A stretch of 64,000 nt of DNA from Longimicrobiales bacterium (GCA_965248195.1 CBDFIQ010000001.1:704001-768000); one strand, 5' to 3'. Positions 10,138-19,737 are shown, counted from the first letter of the stretch. The notes: generated by a model not told the origin, from the sequence alone. Numbers and translations are program-made.

Positions 10138-10501
10138 GGAGATCTCCGGTGTGCAACGCTTTGGGGAAGGATCAATTTTCCGGTTTGGTGCGGAGACCAA
10201 AGTAGATGCTCGGTGCTCCGGATGCGACAGCGATCCCGAGCGGATCAGTGTCATGAGCCTCATCGCGTTAATTCCACCGGGGTTGCCGGGCGCCCGTGTC
10301 CCCCTGCTGGGCGTCGTCGCCTTTGGCGTGATGGCGGACGCCTGCTATCTGCTGGGGCCTGCCGTCGAGATCGCTCTTGAGAAGCTTGCCCCCCCGATCA
10401 CTCTCGAACACGTTACGGTTCCCTCATCCCGCTTCTGCGGAGAGGGTGAACTACGTCCGCCACCGGCCGGAGACGGTCGCGAACGGTTTTTCCGACCTCA
10501 T

Positions 10502-10738
10502 ATGCCCGAAAGTATTATAGAGGGTCTCCGGATCCATATCGACCGCGACCTCTGTGTCAGCTTCGGGGACTGCATCGAAGCAGCTCCAGGCGTCTTCGAG
10601 TTCGACGACGAGGAAATCGCGGTCTTCGTGAGTGACGCGGGACCGATCAGTCGGGAAGGATTGATCGAGGCCTGCGCTTCTTGTCCCGTAGACGCACTGA
10701 CGGCATTCGACGAAGAGGGAGAGCCACTCGCTCCGTAG
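10502..10738 (+). CDS. Monocluster ferredoxin (probably 3Fe-4S)
   Basis: IDRDLCVSFGDC...AP.VF...ACASCPVDAL; second cluster Cys replaced by Phe. Confidence 0.85.
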   Translation: MPESIIEGLRIHIDRDLCVSFGDCIEAAPGVFEFDDEEIAVFVSDAGPISREGLIEACASCPVDALTAFDEEGEPLAP

Positions 10739-10784
10739 GAGCGTCGCCCGAGAGGGACCCGCTCCCGGGGCCCCTTGGAAAACC

Positions 10785-11720
10785 ATGAATCCCATGCGAA
10801 AGATTCGAACCTACCAGGACGTCACCCACGACACCGGCTCGGGCCTGCTCGAGCAGGTTGTGGACCAGCAACACCGCCTCGCCGACCGCCTCGCTCAGGT
10901 TCGGTCGGTCGTGGCCGTCGCCAGCGGTAAGGGGGGCGTAGGAAAGAGCGCCATCACGGCCAACCTGGCCGCTGCTCTCGCGGCCAGAGGGCTCGCCGTC
11001 GGCGCCGTCGACGCGGACCTCAATGGGCCGTCGCTAGCCCGCATGTTAGGCGTGTCCGGAGCCCGCTTGGCCGATCGGCCAAGCGGAGTGGAGCCGGCAC
11101 AAAGCCCGTCCGGCGTACGGGTCATGTCCATGGAGCTGCTCCAGCAGGAAGAGGATGCTCCCCTTCGCTGGAGAGAGCCCGAAATGGGAGGGTTCATCTG
11201 GCAAAGCACGCTCGAAACGGGGGTCCTCCGGGAGTTTCTGGGGGACGTCGAGTGGGGAGAACTGGACGTGCTCCTGGTCGACGTTCCGCCTGGGACGGAC
11301 AAGATTGGACGGCTCTTGGAGCTGGTCCCAGACGTCGATCAGATGCTCCTCGTAACCACCCCCTCCGAGACGTCTCGGTTCGTCGTTTCCAAGTCCGTTC
11401 GCATGGCTCGTGAGGCCGCGGTGGGGAAGGTCGCGCTGGTTGCGAACATGGCCGGCCATACTTGCCCGGAGTGCGGCCATGTGTCCGAACTCTTTACGGG
11501 TGACGGGGCCAACCGCCTCGAAGAGGAATCCGGCGTACCGCTTTGGGCGGAGATCCCCTTCGATCCACGGCTCGGTGCGGCCACGGACTCGGGCACCCCG
11601 CTCGTGATCACGGACCCCGATGCCCACTCGAGCAGGTCGATTCTGGCATTGGCCGACCGGGTCGAAGAGCATTTCGAGATCCGGGGTGACGGGGCGGTCG
11701 AGGTCGAGGAGGCGGGCTAA
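10785..11720 (+). CDS. Mrp/NBP35 (ApbC) Fe-S carrier ATPase
   Basis: SGKGGVGKS, DADLNGPS, DVPPGT, NM...CPEC. Confidence 0.9.
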   Translation: MNPMRKIRTYQDVTHDTGSGLLEQVVDQQHRLADRLAQVRSVVAVASGKGGVGKSAITANLAAALAARGLAVGAVDADLNGPSLARMLGVSGARLADRPSGVEPAQSPSGVRVMSMELLQQEEDAPLRWREPEMGGFIWQSTLETGVLREFLGDVEWGELDVLLVDVPPGTDKIGRLLELVPDVDQMLLVTTPSETSRFVVSKSVRMAREAAVGKVALVANMAGHTCPECGHVSELFTGDGANRLEEESGVPLWAEIPFDPRLGAATDSGTPLVITDPDAHSSRSILALADRVEEHFEIRGDGAVEVEEAG

Positions 11721-12220
11721 TGAAGTTTCTCTGTTTGGACTGCGACGACGTCATGGAGTTCGCCGAGCGGCAACTTCCTGGAGATGGAACGTTGGCCGCA
11801 GTATTTACATGCGGGTCGTGCGGACGGGAGATGGCGATGCTCACGAACCCGATGGAGACGCAGCTGGTCTCCAGCTTGGGCGTGAAGATCGGCGGACGAG
11901 AAGTCCCTACCCAGCCCATGGAACTGGCCCGGACGTCACTCGAGGGCGGCCGCGACGATGCGTTTGCCTTGTCCGAAGACATTCCCCTCGCTTCGGGCGA
12001 GGAGGCGACTCGAGGTGAGGGCGCGAGCGCCGGCGAGGCCACCGCGGCCCGCGTCGTGTGGACGTCCGAGGCCGCTGGCCGACTCGAGCGTGTGCCCAGC
12101 TTCGTCCGGGGCATGGTGAAGCGCATTTACACCGACTGGGCACGTGAGAAGGGCGTTTCGGAGATCACCCCCGACATCATGGACCGGGCTCGCACGGAGT
12201 TGGGCCTGGAAGGAATGTAG
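11720..12220 (+). CDS. Zn-ribbon (CxxC..CxxC) plus PCP_red-like domain protein
   Basis: CLDC/CGSC; WTSEAAGRLERVPSFVRGMVK...AREKG...IT..IMDRAR. Confidence 0.75.
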   Translation: MKFLCLDCDDVMEFAERQLPGDGTLAAVFTCGSCGREMAMLTNPMETQLVSSLGVKIGGREVPTQPMELARTSLEGGRDDAFALSEDIPLASGEEATRGEGASAGEATAARVVWTSEAAGRLERVPSFVRGMVKRIYTDWAREKGVSEITPDIMDRARTELGLEGM

Positions 12221-12222
12221 GC

Positions 12223-13230
12223 TTGTTCGGAGCCACAGAGCTTACCTTCACCTATCCCTCGGGCCGCCGGGGTCTAGGAAAGGTTTCTCTCGGAGGGGAC
12301 CCCGGCGACCGCGTGGTCGTGATGGGCCCAAATGGATCCGGCAAGAGCACCCTGCTTCGCCTCGTATCCACCGAGCTCCCTGCCCGCCCAGGATCGCTCA
12401 CCCTTTTCGGCCAAGCCTGCGACCCCCCTTCGAGAGCCCTCCGCAGAAGGATCGGCATCGTTCAGGATACTCCGGTCCACGCCGACGACCTCACGGGGAT
12501 GGAGAACGGCCTCCTGTTTGCCGAGCTCTACGGTTTGCTTAGGGCCGAGGCGGCGGGTGCCCTGGAGACCCTCTTCACCTCGCTCGGCCTGGACAGGGTG
12601 CTGGACGTCCCCACGAGGGAGTACTCGTACGGGATGAAGAAGAAGCTTCTCATCGCGGAGGCTTTGGTTCACGAACCCGAGATGCTCATCCTGGACGAGC
12701 CCGCGCTCGGCCTGGATCCACCTTCACGGGCAGCGCTCCATCGAATACTCGTGGAGCGCTCGGAGAAGGGTGTGTGCACGCTCGTCGCCACCAACGAACC
12801 CGCACTGGCCCAGGCACTGGCCACCACGGTGGTCCTTCTCCACGAAGGGGAGGTCGTGGCGCACGGCAGCCCCGCCGAGCTTCTGGCCAAGGTCGGCGGC
12901 GCCACGCGAATCGAAGTGCACGTCGCCGGTGCTCCGCTGGGGGTTCCCACGCCGGGCGACCCCACAGCCGCCAGCATGACGCCCGCCGACCTTACAACGA
13001 CCGCCCCTGCCTTTGCGGGGCTCCCAGCGGACATCGTGTCGATTCAACAACTGCCCGGGCGGATCATCGCCGAGAGCAGATCGGGCCCCGATGTCCTCCC
13101 GCAGCTGGTCGGCGCGGTCCTCGGCGCGGGGCTGAAGATCGAGCGGATCACACTACGTGAACCCGATCTCACGGACGTGTTTACACTTTTCACCGGCCAG
13201 GCCATGGGCCCGGAAAAGGAGAACGCGTGA
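12223..13230 (+). CDS. ABC transporter ATP-binding protein (ABC-2/exporter type)
   Basis: GPNGSGKST, YSYGMKKK signature, LILDEP. Confidence 0.9.
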   Translation: MFGATELTFTYPSGRRGLGKVSLGGDPGDRVVVMGPNGSGKSTLLRLVSTELPARPGSLTLFGQACDPPSRALRRRIGIVQDTPVHADDLTGMENGLLFAELYGLLRAEAAGALETLFTSLGLDRVLDVPTREYSYGMKKKLLIAEALVHEPEMLILDEPALGLDPPSRAALHRILVERSEKGVCTLVATNEPALAQALATTVVLLHEGEVVAHGSPAELLAKVGGATRIEVHVAGAPLGVPTPGDPTAASMTPADLTTTAPAFAGLPADIVSIQQLPGRIIAESRSGPDVLPQLVGAVLGAGLKIERITLREPDLTDVFTLFTGQAMGPEKENA

Positions 13231-13940
13231 CCGTCGCGGTGTTGAGGACGGAGTGGCTCACTGCCCTTCGGCGCCGGCGCCTCCTTCTGTTCAATATCCT
13301 GATTCCCCTCACGTTCGTGGCCACCATCGCGCTCAGCCCGGCGCCAGCCGTGCACGCCGCGGCCGTCTTCACCGTGCTCTTCGTGCTCTTCGGCACGTTC
13401 GGCTCGAGCATACCTCTGATCCGCGACGGTGAATCGGGGCTTCTCCGGCGTTACGTGCTGACGGGAGTCCACCCCGGTGGTCTCCTTCTTCAGCGCATAT
13501 TCGCCGCCGCCGCGCTCGACCTGGTCGAGCTGGCGCCGTCGGTGTTGGTGATCGTCACGGCGAGGGGGAGTTCGGCTTCTCAGTTTGCCATCGTCGTGCC
13601 GGCGATGATACTCGGGCTGCTCGCGGCGAACGCGCTCGGCGCGATCACCGCCGCCCTGGCCAAATCAGTCGCCGAAGGAGCTCTCTTCTCGGCCGTGTCC
13701 GCCCTTCTGCTCCTGCATTGGGCGGGGACGTTCCGTTCTCCCGTTCCTGAAACATGGCAAGCCACGGTGGAGGCGTGGAATCCCTTCCGCCCTCTCCATG
13801 AGAGTTTGCTCGCAGCCGCAGGCGCGGGCGGGCCCGACTTCGACCCGGCGCTGCTCACACCTCCCGTCGGAGCCACGCTCGTGGTGATGCTCCTGATTAC
13901 CGCCGCCGGCCGCTACGCCATAGGGCTCGGCGGCCGATGA
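13227..13940 (+). CDS. ABC-2 type permease
   Basis: About six hydrophobic segments; GTGA overlap with the ATPase gene. Confidence 0.75.
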   Translation: MTVAVLRTEWLTALRRRRLLLFNILIPLTFVATIALSPAPAVHAAAVFTVLFVLFGTFGSSIPLIRDGESGLLRRYVLTGVHPGGLLLQRIFAAAALDLVELAPSVLVIVTARGSSASQFAIVVPAMILGLLAANALGAITAALAKSVAEGALFSAVSALLLLHWAGTFRSPVPETWQATVEAWNPFRPLHESLLAAAGAGGPDFDPALLTPPVGATLVVMLLITAAGRYAIGLGGR

Positions 13941-13973
13941 GATCCGCCGGCCCGGCCGTTTCTCGCCCGTTTA

Positions 13974-14003
13974 TTGACAGCCCCGAGAAGGGTCGGGTAT
14001 ACT
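13974..14003 (+). promoter_or_regulatory. Sigma70-type promoter
   Basis: TTGACA-N18-TATACT upstream of the USP/respiratory operon. Confidence 0.7.
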
Positions 14004-14378
14004 CACTTCGCGCACCATGCACCATTTGGAACAAGCGCCATTTGATAGGGTGCCGAGGACCGTGCTTTCATTGATCCGAACGCTACGCCTGCGAGCTCGA
14101 AACTCGCCGTCGAGAGCCCTGGTTCAGAGGGGGTCGATCATAGAGATTAGCAGTCTGGTCGTGCTTTGTACGGCTCTCGTTCGCAGGGGGTGACCGGTAA
14201 CCCTTCTGCGCACTGAAATGATGTCAACCGCTGCACGCATCTAGACCGAACCAGATCGTACCCGGATGCCCTTCCGGTTTCGAAGTCGGAGCCCCGCCAC
14301 GCCCGGGGGGGCGGGGGGCGTTTGTGCGATCGGTACGCGAAGGGTGCCAGATAATCAGGGCCTAGGCCCGAGGTGCTT

Positions 14379-16529
14379 ATGTACCGTGAAGTTCTCGTAC
14401 CCGTCGATAACTCCGATAATTCACATTGGGCCGTCGACCGCGCCATCGAACTCTGTAGGCGCTCCGAGGGGCGAATCACCGGCAATCATGTGTACGCGGC
14501 GCGCCTCCACGATGTGCGGTTCCGCCAATTGGAGACAGGACTTCCCGCCCAGTTCCAGACCGCGAAAGAAATCAAGCGGCAGCGGAAGGTTCACGACAAG
14601 CTGATCGAAAAAGGCCTCCAGCTCATCTCGGATTCCTTTCTCGATCAGACCGCCATCAGTTGTGATGCGGCGGGCGTACCGCTGACCCGGCAGCTCCTCG
14701 AGGGCATCAACTATGAGGAGGTGTCTCGGGAGGCCAACCGAGGGGGCGGCCGCCTTCCCAGTTTGATCGGCTTCGATCCGAACATCGCGGACAAGTACGA
14801 CGGCGGTGACAAAGTCCGTAGCGACGTCATCGTGGACGAGGACGGGCGGATCATCGCAGAGGACGAGGAGCAGGATGAGAAGGTCGCGGGGTCGAGTGGT
14901 CGCGACTATGACCTCCTCGCCATCGGTGCTCATGGGATCGGCAAGCAACCCTACTCACAGTTGGGCGGGATGGTCTCGCGGGTCATCCGCCAGGTCGAAA
15001 AGGACACCCTGATCGTCAGGAACGATCGCGCACTGGAAGGCGGTGACTGGATTATCTGTGTCGACGGTTCCTCGTACTCGTACAAGGCCATGCGGCATGC
15101 ATTGGAGATGGCCAAGGAGTTCGGGGCGAAGCTTTATGTGTGCTCGGCCTTCGATGTGGAATACCACCACGCCGTGTTCGGGAATATCAAGGACATTCTC
15201 TCCGTGCAGGCCTCGAAGGTCTTCAAGTTCGAGGAGCAGGAAGAGCTCCATAACAACATCATCGACAAGGGTCTTCTGAAGCTCGCACAGGCCAATCTCA
15301 AGCGCGCCGAGGTGATGGCGCGGGAGTTCCCCGAGGTCCCCGTCGAGACGCAGATCCTCATCGGTAAACCCTTCCAGTGCATCCTTCAGTGGATCGAGGA
15401 GATCGATCCGAGCCTTGTGATCCTCGCACGCCACGGGGGGCACCGGATCGAGGGTACCGACATGGGATCTCAGGCGGACAACCTGTGCCGCCTCTCACCC
15501 ACGAACATCCTGCTCATCGGCACCACCGACGTTCGCCCGGACGACATCCCCTGGATCGAAGAGGACGGTGAGACCGGGCTCGAGTGGGCACCCGATGCCG
15601 AAGTCCGAATTCTTCGGGTCCCGCCGTTCGCGCTCGGGATCGCCCGCAAGGCCGTTGAAGAATACGTACTCGACAACTACGGCCCCGGAGCCAACGGCAC
15701 GTACCGGGAAGAGGCGATCGTGCGGGCGGCCTCGAACGGATCCTCGTCGAACGGACCGTCGGCCGACAGTGATGGGGCGACCCTCTCCGAAGCCGAGTCC
15801 GACACCAACGGAGTGGATACGGGCGCTTCGGTGCCCCCGCTCGGCGCGGGCGGCCTGCCGATGGTCACGGGCGAGCGCCTCGACGAAGCCATCACCAAGC
15901 TGCTTCCGACCCACATGCAGTTGATCATGGGGATCGGCACTGCCGAGGAGCTCGCCCTCGCCGAAGTGAAGGCAGATGAGGCCATGAAGCGGACGCTGGT
16001 CAGCGGCCTGGATGCCGACCCCCAGCCGGACGTACCCATGATTTCCGCCACCTGCCCCTACAGCGGCCATCCGCTCATGCGTGAACGGACCGCGGACGAC
16101 CCGGTCGAGTGGACCCAGGAGGCCTTCGAGCGACTCAAGCTGGTGCCGTTGATCGCGAGGCCACTTGCCCGCAACACGGTGGAGCGATTCGCCCGTGAGA
16201 ACGAATTCTTTAGAGTCACCACGCCTGTGATGGATGAGAACAAGCAGGCCATGATCGAGGCCGACGAGTTCGACATGGACACCATGTTGGTCATGTTCCG
16301 GGAACTCCAGACCAAGCAGATCAAAGCGACAGCCGAGGGCGTCGACGGTATGACTCCCGAGATGCGCAAGTTCATCGACGAGGCCAAGGCCAGCGGCGTG
16401 ACCCGCTGCCCGATTCGGGACGTGGCCGAGGCCGCCGACGACTGCCCGGTGGACTTCAAGACCGTCTCACCGGAGGACGCAAAGGCCGCGATCAAGCAAT
16501 TCATGGACAAGGAACCCAGCGAAGCGTGA
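14379..16529 (+). CDS. Tandem universal stress protein domains plus two PCP_red-like domains
   Basis: VLVPVDNS and ICVDGS USP starts, GAHG/ARHG; WAPDAEVRILRVPPF and WTQEAFERLKLVPLIAR; GAGGT RBS. Confidence 0.8.
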   Translation: MYREVLVPVDNSDNSHWAVDRAIELCRRSEGRITGNHVYAARLHDVRFRQLETGLPAQFQTAKEIKRQRKVHDKLIEKGLQLISDSFLDQTAISCDAAGVPLTRQLLEGINYEEVSREANRGGGRLPSLIGFDPNIADKYDGGDKVRSDVIVDEDGRIIAEDEEQDEKVAGSSGRDYDLLAIGAHGIGKQPYSQLGGMVSRVIRQVEKDTLIVRNDRALEGGDWIICVDGSSYSYKAMRHALEMAKEFGAKLYVCSAFDVEYHHAVFGNIKDILSVQASKVFKFEEQEELHNNIIDKGLLKLAQANLKRAEVMAREFPEVPVETQILIGKPFQCILQWIEEIDPSLVILARHGGHRIEGTDMGSQADNLCRLSPTNILLIGTTDVRPDDIPWIEEDGETGLEWAPDAEVRILRVPPFALGIARKAVEEYVLDNYGPGANGTYREEAIVRAASNGSSSNGPSADSDGATLSEAESDTNGVDTGASVPPLGAGGLPMVTGERLDEAITKLLPTHMQLIMGIGTAEELALAEVKADEAMKRTLVSGLDADPQPDVPMISATCPYSGHPLMRERTADDPVEWTQEAFERLKLVPLIARPLARNTVERFARENEFFRVTTPVMDENKQAMIEADEFDMDTMLVMFRELQTKQIKATAEGVDGMTPEMRKFIDEAKASGVTRCPIRDVAEAADDCPVDFKTVSPEDAKAAIKQFMDKEPSEA

Positions 16530-17959
16530 GCAGCACAACCGATCTCAGGTCCTCCTCCTCGGCAACTCTGGCGCCTCCCGCTCCGGGGCGGCTCGAGACG
16601 GTGTCGCCGAGCGGTAGGTGTGGTCCCTACACTCCGCATATCGTAGCGTGGAACCTCACGAAACGATGCAACCTGGCGTGCGCGCACTGTTATATCTCGG
16701 CGGGTTCCTGGCATGCGGCCGACGATGAGCTTTCAACGGACGAGTGCCTGCGCATCCTCGATGAGATTCTCGACGTGAATCCCCACCCCATGCTGATCCT
16801 CACGGGGGGGGAGCCCCTATTGCGGGACGACCTGGAAACCCTGGCGGAGCGAGCCTCGACGCGGGGCGCCACAGTCGTGGTCGGCACGAATGGGACGCGT
16901 CTGACCGACCAGCGCATCGGCTCTCTGTTGGAGGCCGGTGTCAAGGGTGTCGCCGTCAGCATCGACTCGCTCCGTCCCGAGTATCATGACCGCTTCCGGC
17001 ACGGTGGGGGTGCACTCACGGACACGATGGCGGCTGTCGAGCGCTGCTCCGCTCGTAGGCTCGATTTCGTTATTCAGACGACAGTCACGTCCGGCAATCG
17101 GCACGAGATCGCAGATTTGGCTCGCTGGTCGGCCGAAGCGGGAGCCGTTTCCTTCAACGTCTACTTCGTGGTCCCGACTGGGCGCGCAGAGCATATGCAG
17201 GGCATGAGTCCTGAGGAGAACGACGACGTTCTGCGTGAGCTCGTCGAGCTGGAGGGAACGTATCGCGGTCGCATGATGGTCCGCTCGAAGTGCCAACCCC
17301 AAATCATGCGGCACGTGGTCCAGGGCGATCCGGAGTCTCCCCTGCTGAACTACGAGACTCGCTGTCCATGTGGTGTCCACTACGTGCGCATCACGCCCGA
17401 GGGCAAGGTCACCCCGTGTCCTTACATGCCCGTGGTCGCGGGTGACCTGTTGACGCAGAGCTTTCAGGAGATCTGGGAGTCGTCGCCCGTCTTCACCCAG
17501 CTCAGGTCGGGGGAGCTCGGTGGGCGGTGCGGACTATGCGAATATCGGGAGGTGTGCGGAGGATGCCGCGCCCGCGCCTATGCCGACAGCGGCGACTTCA
17601 TGGGTCCGGATGACTCCTGCGCCTATGAGCCATCGGGAGAGACACCCCTCATTGTGTCTCGCCAATCAGTCTCCTACGGACGGTCAGGCCCGGGTGGGCC
17701 ATTGGTCGCCGACGGCGGCGCGGCCTCCACCGAGCAACCCGCATCGGTCGCACTGGAGTGGTCCCCGGAAGCCCTCGCCCGTATCGACGGCGTACCGAGC
17801 TTCGTTCGGGGGGTGGTCATGGCAAGGGTCGAGAAGTTCGCCCATGACCGAGGGTACGCATGTGTGGATGTGGAAGTCATGGAGGAGGTACGTCGAAACC
17901 TCCCTGTGGATTTCTCCAAGAAACTTCCGTTCTTCTTGGGAAGAGGGGGAACGGCATGA
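16526..17959 (+). CDS. Radical SAM/SPASM protein (AhbC/AhbD/NirJ-like) with C-terminal PCP_red-like domain
   Basis: WNLTKRCNLACAHC, TGGEPLLR, CPCG...PCPY...CGLC....VCGGCRARA. Confidence 0.85.
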   Translation: MSSTTDLRSSSSATLAPPAPGRLETVSPSGRCGPYTPHIVAWNLTKRCNLACAHCYISAGSWHAADDELSTDECLRILDEILDVNPHPMLILTGGEPLLRDDLETLAERASTRGATVVVGTNGTRLTDQRIGSLLEAGVKGVAVSIDSLRPEYHDRFRHGGGALTDTMAAVERCSARRLDFVIQTTVTSGNRHEIADLARWSAEAGAVSFNVYFVVPTGRAEHMQGMSPEENDDVLRELVELEGTYRGRMMVRSKCQPQIMRHVVQGDPESPLLNYETRCPCGVHYVRITPEGKVTPCPYMPVVAGDLLTQSFQEIWESSPVFTQLRSGELGGRCGLCEYREVCGGCRARAYADSGDFMGPDDSCAYEPSGETPLIVSRQSVSYGRSGPGGPLVADGGAASTEQPASVALEWSPEALARIDGVPSFVRGVVMARVEKFAHDRGYACVDVEVMEEVRRNLPVDFSKKLPFFLGRGGTA

Positions 17960-19737
17960 GCTTGAAGCTCCTGGGGGTGATGGGCCTCTCCGCGCTGGCC
18001 ATTCACCTGTTCCCCGAGGTGGCCTGGGCGCAGGATATCGCCGGCCGAAGCTACGGGGACTTCCCCTTGGTCGGGGGGCGTGTGGCGGTCTGGGTCGCGG
18101 CGCAGGTCCACCTTCTCTTCGCGGCGTTCGTGCTCGGCGTGCCCATGTTCGCTGTGGTTGCCGAGGCCATCGGAATGTTCGGGGGGGACTCGAAGTACGA
18201 TAAGCTTGCGAAGGAGTTCACCCGGCTGTTGCTCGTGGCATACTCCGCCACGGCGATCTGGGGAGCGATCCTCTCCTTCCTCCTCATCACGATCTTCCCG
18301 AACCTCTGGATCTACCTTGCGGAGATCTTCGAGGTCTCCATGTGGATCTACGTGGGACTCTTCTTCTTCGAGTCCTTCACGCTCTACCTGTATTACTACG
18401 GCTGGGATCGCTGGAATCAGGGTCGGGCCAAGCTGGGCCACTGGACGTTGGGCATCTTGTTGAACGTCTTTGGCACGGCGGTGATGCTCATTGCCAACTC
18501 GTGGCTCACCTACATGATGAGCCCGCCGGCGGACGTGGGTCCCGACACCGCACCTGGTATGGTCCGAGTGTGGAGCGCCTTCGTGAACGCGACCTGGATG
18601 CCCATCAACATCCACCGGTTAATCGCCAACGTCGTGTTCGGTGGAGCGATCGTGGGCGCGTATGCGGCCTACCGCTTCCTGCTGGCCAGGACCGATGAAG
18701 AGCGCGCCCACTACGACTGGATGGGATACGTGGGAAACCTGATCGCGATCGGCGCGCTCATTGTCCTGCCCTTCGCCGGCTACTACCTCGGCCGAGAGCT
18801 CTACGAGTACAGCCCGCAGATGGGCAACACCCTGATGGGTGGCTTCATGAGCTGGCTCTGGATCATCCAGGCCTTCCTTATCGGGGTGCTCTTCCTGGCG
18901 GGCAACTACTACTTGTGGGTGGGAATGGGGCGGATTCCGGGGGCCGAGCGCTTCACCCCCTACACCAAGTACATGTTGTTCGTGCTCGTGGTGGGCGTGA
19001 TCGTGTGGGCGACGCCGCACACGATGATCGCCAACCGGGAAGAGATCGCCGCCATGGGCGGAACGTACCACCCGCTCCTGGGTGTCCTTGGTGTCATGAG
19101 CGCCAAGAACACGGCTGTGAACATCATGATCTTGACCACGTTCCTCTCGTTCCTGCTCTACGGGCGCGCGAACAACAACCCGACGGTTCCGTGGGCCAGG
19201 ACTGGGACGATGGTGCAGGCGGCTCTGTTCGTGATCTCCGCGCTCATTGTCGTGTTCTACGGGGTGTACGGCTACTTCGTCAGCGCGATCGTTCGCATCG
19301 GTTTCTCGGTTTATCAGGTCGTGGCGGTGCTCGCGACCATCATCGGCGTGGGCGCAATTCATGTGTTCATGATGCGGGGCGCGGAGTCGCGTGGTGCGAT
19401 CCGGTGGGGTCAGATGCCCCCCCGTTCCCAGTACGCGCTGTTCATCCTAGCCGTCACGTTCACATGGCTGATGGGTCTCATGGGCTTCGCCCGGAGCGGC
19501 ATCCGCCAGCACTGGCATGTATGGGAAGTCGTGCGGGACACGAGTGAATGGGCAGAGACGCCGGCGCTCGGGTACGCGGCCGTCGTGATCTCCGCCTGTG
19601 TGCTGATCTTCTTCGTCCTCGTGGCGTTCATTTTCTGGCTCGGTGGCTTGGCCGAGAAACCGTTGGTATCGCAGGCGAGCACGGACACCTCTCCGTCACC
19701 GGGAGGGCCGGAGTTCGCTCCTGCCGCGGGCGACTGA
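17956..19737 (+). CDS. Cytochrome bd oxidase subunit I-like membrane protein (divergent)
   Basis: QVHLLFAAFVLG, FFFES, IANSWL, NIHRLIA, IRQHWHV; about 14 TM segments. Confidence 0.8.
   Translation: MSLKLLGVMGLSALAIHLFPEVAWAQDIAGRSYGDFPLVGGRVAVWVAAQVHLLFAAFVLGVPMFAVVAEAIGMFGGDSKYDKLAKEFTRLLLVAYSATAIWGAILSFLLITIFPNLWIYLAEIFEVSMWIYVGLFFFESFTLYLYYYGWDRWNQGRAKLGHWTLGILLNVFGTAVMLIANSWLTYMMSPPADVGPDTAPGMVRVWSAFVNATWMPINIHRLIANVVFGGAIVGAYAAYRFLLARTDEERAHYDWMGYVGNLIAIGALIVLPFAGYYLGRELYEYSPQMGNTLMGGFMSWLWIIQAFLIGVLFLAGNYYLWVGMGRIPGAERFTPYTKYMLFVLVVGVIVWATPHTMIANREEIAAMGGTYHPLLGVLGVMSAKNTAVNIMILTTFLSFLLYGRANNNPTVPWARTGTMVQAALFVISALIVVFYGVYGYFVSAIVRIGFSVYQVVAVLATIIGVGAIHVFMMRGAESRGAIRWGQMPPRSQYALFILAVTFTWLMGLMGFARSGIRQHWHVWEVVRDTSEWAETPALGYAAVVISACVLIFFVLVAFIFWLGGLAEKPLVSQASTDTSPSPGGPEFAPAAGD

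Noticed and set aside
9689..10501. 349-aa ORF apparently fusing a long N-terminus to the ferredoxin
   Set aside because: Mostly antisense to the sulfatase gene; the ferredoxin starts at ATG 10502. The hydrophobic stretch at ~10253-10390 may be a gene remnant but I cannot support a call.
14205..14230. FNR/CRP-like site (tgaaatgatgtcaa)
   Set aside because: Only one half-site matches
11720..17959. Photosynthesis genes suggested by PCP_red domains
   Set aside because: Only the small C-terminal domain is present; no BchN/B/L catalytic domains or puf/bch genes in the window
16526..17959. RiPP maturase interpretation of the radical SAM/SPASM enzyme
   Set aside because: No RRE/PqqD domain or convincing precursor peptide; motifs and context fit the heme-related subfamily better
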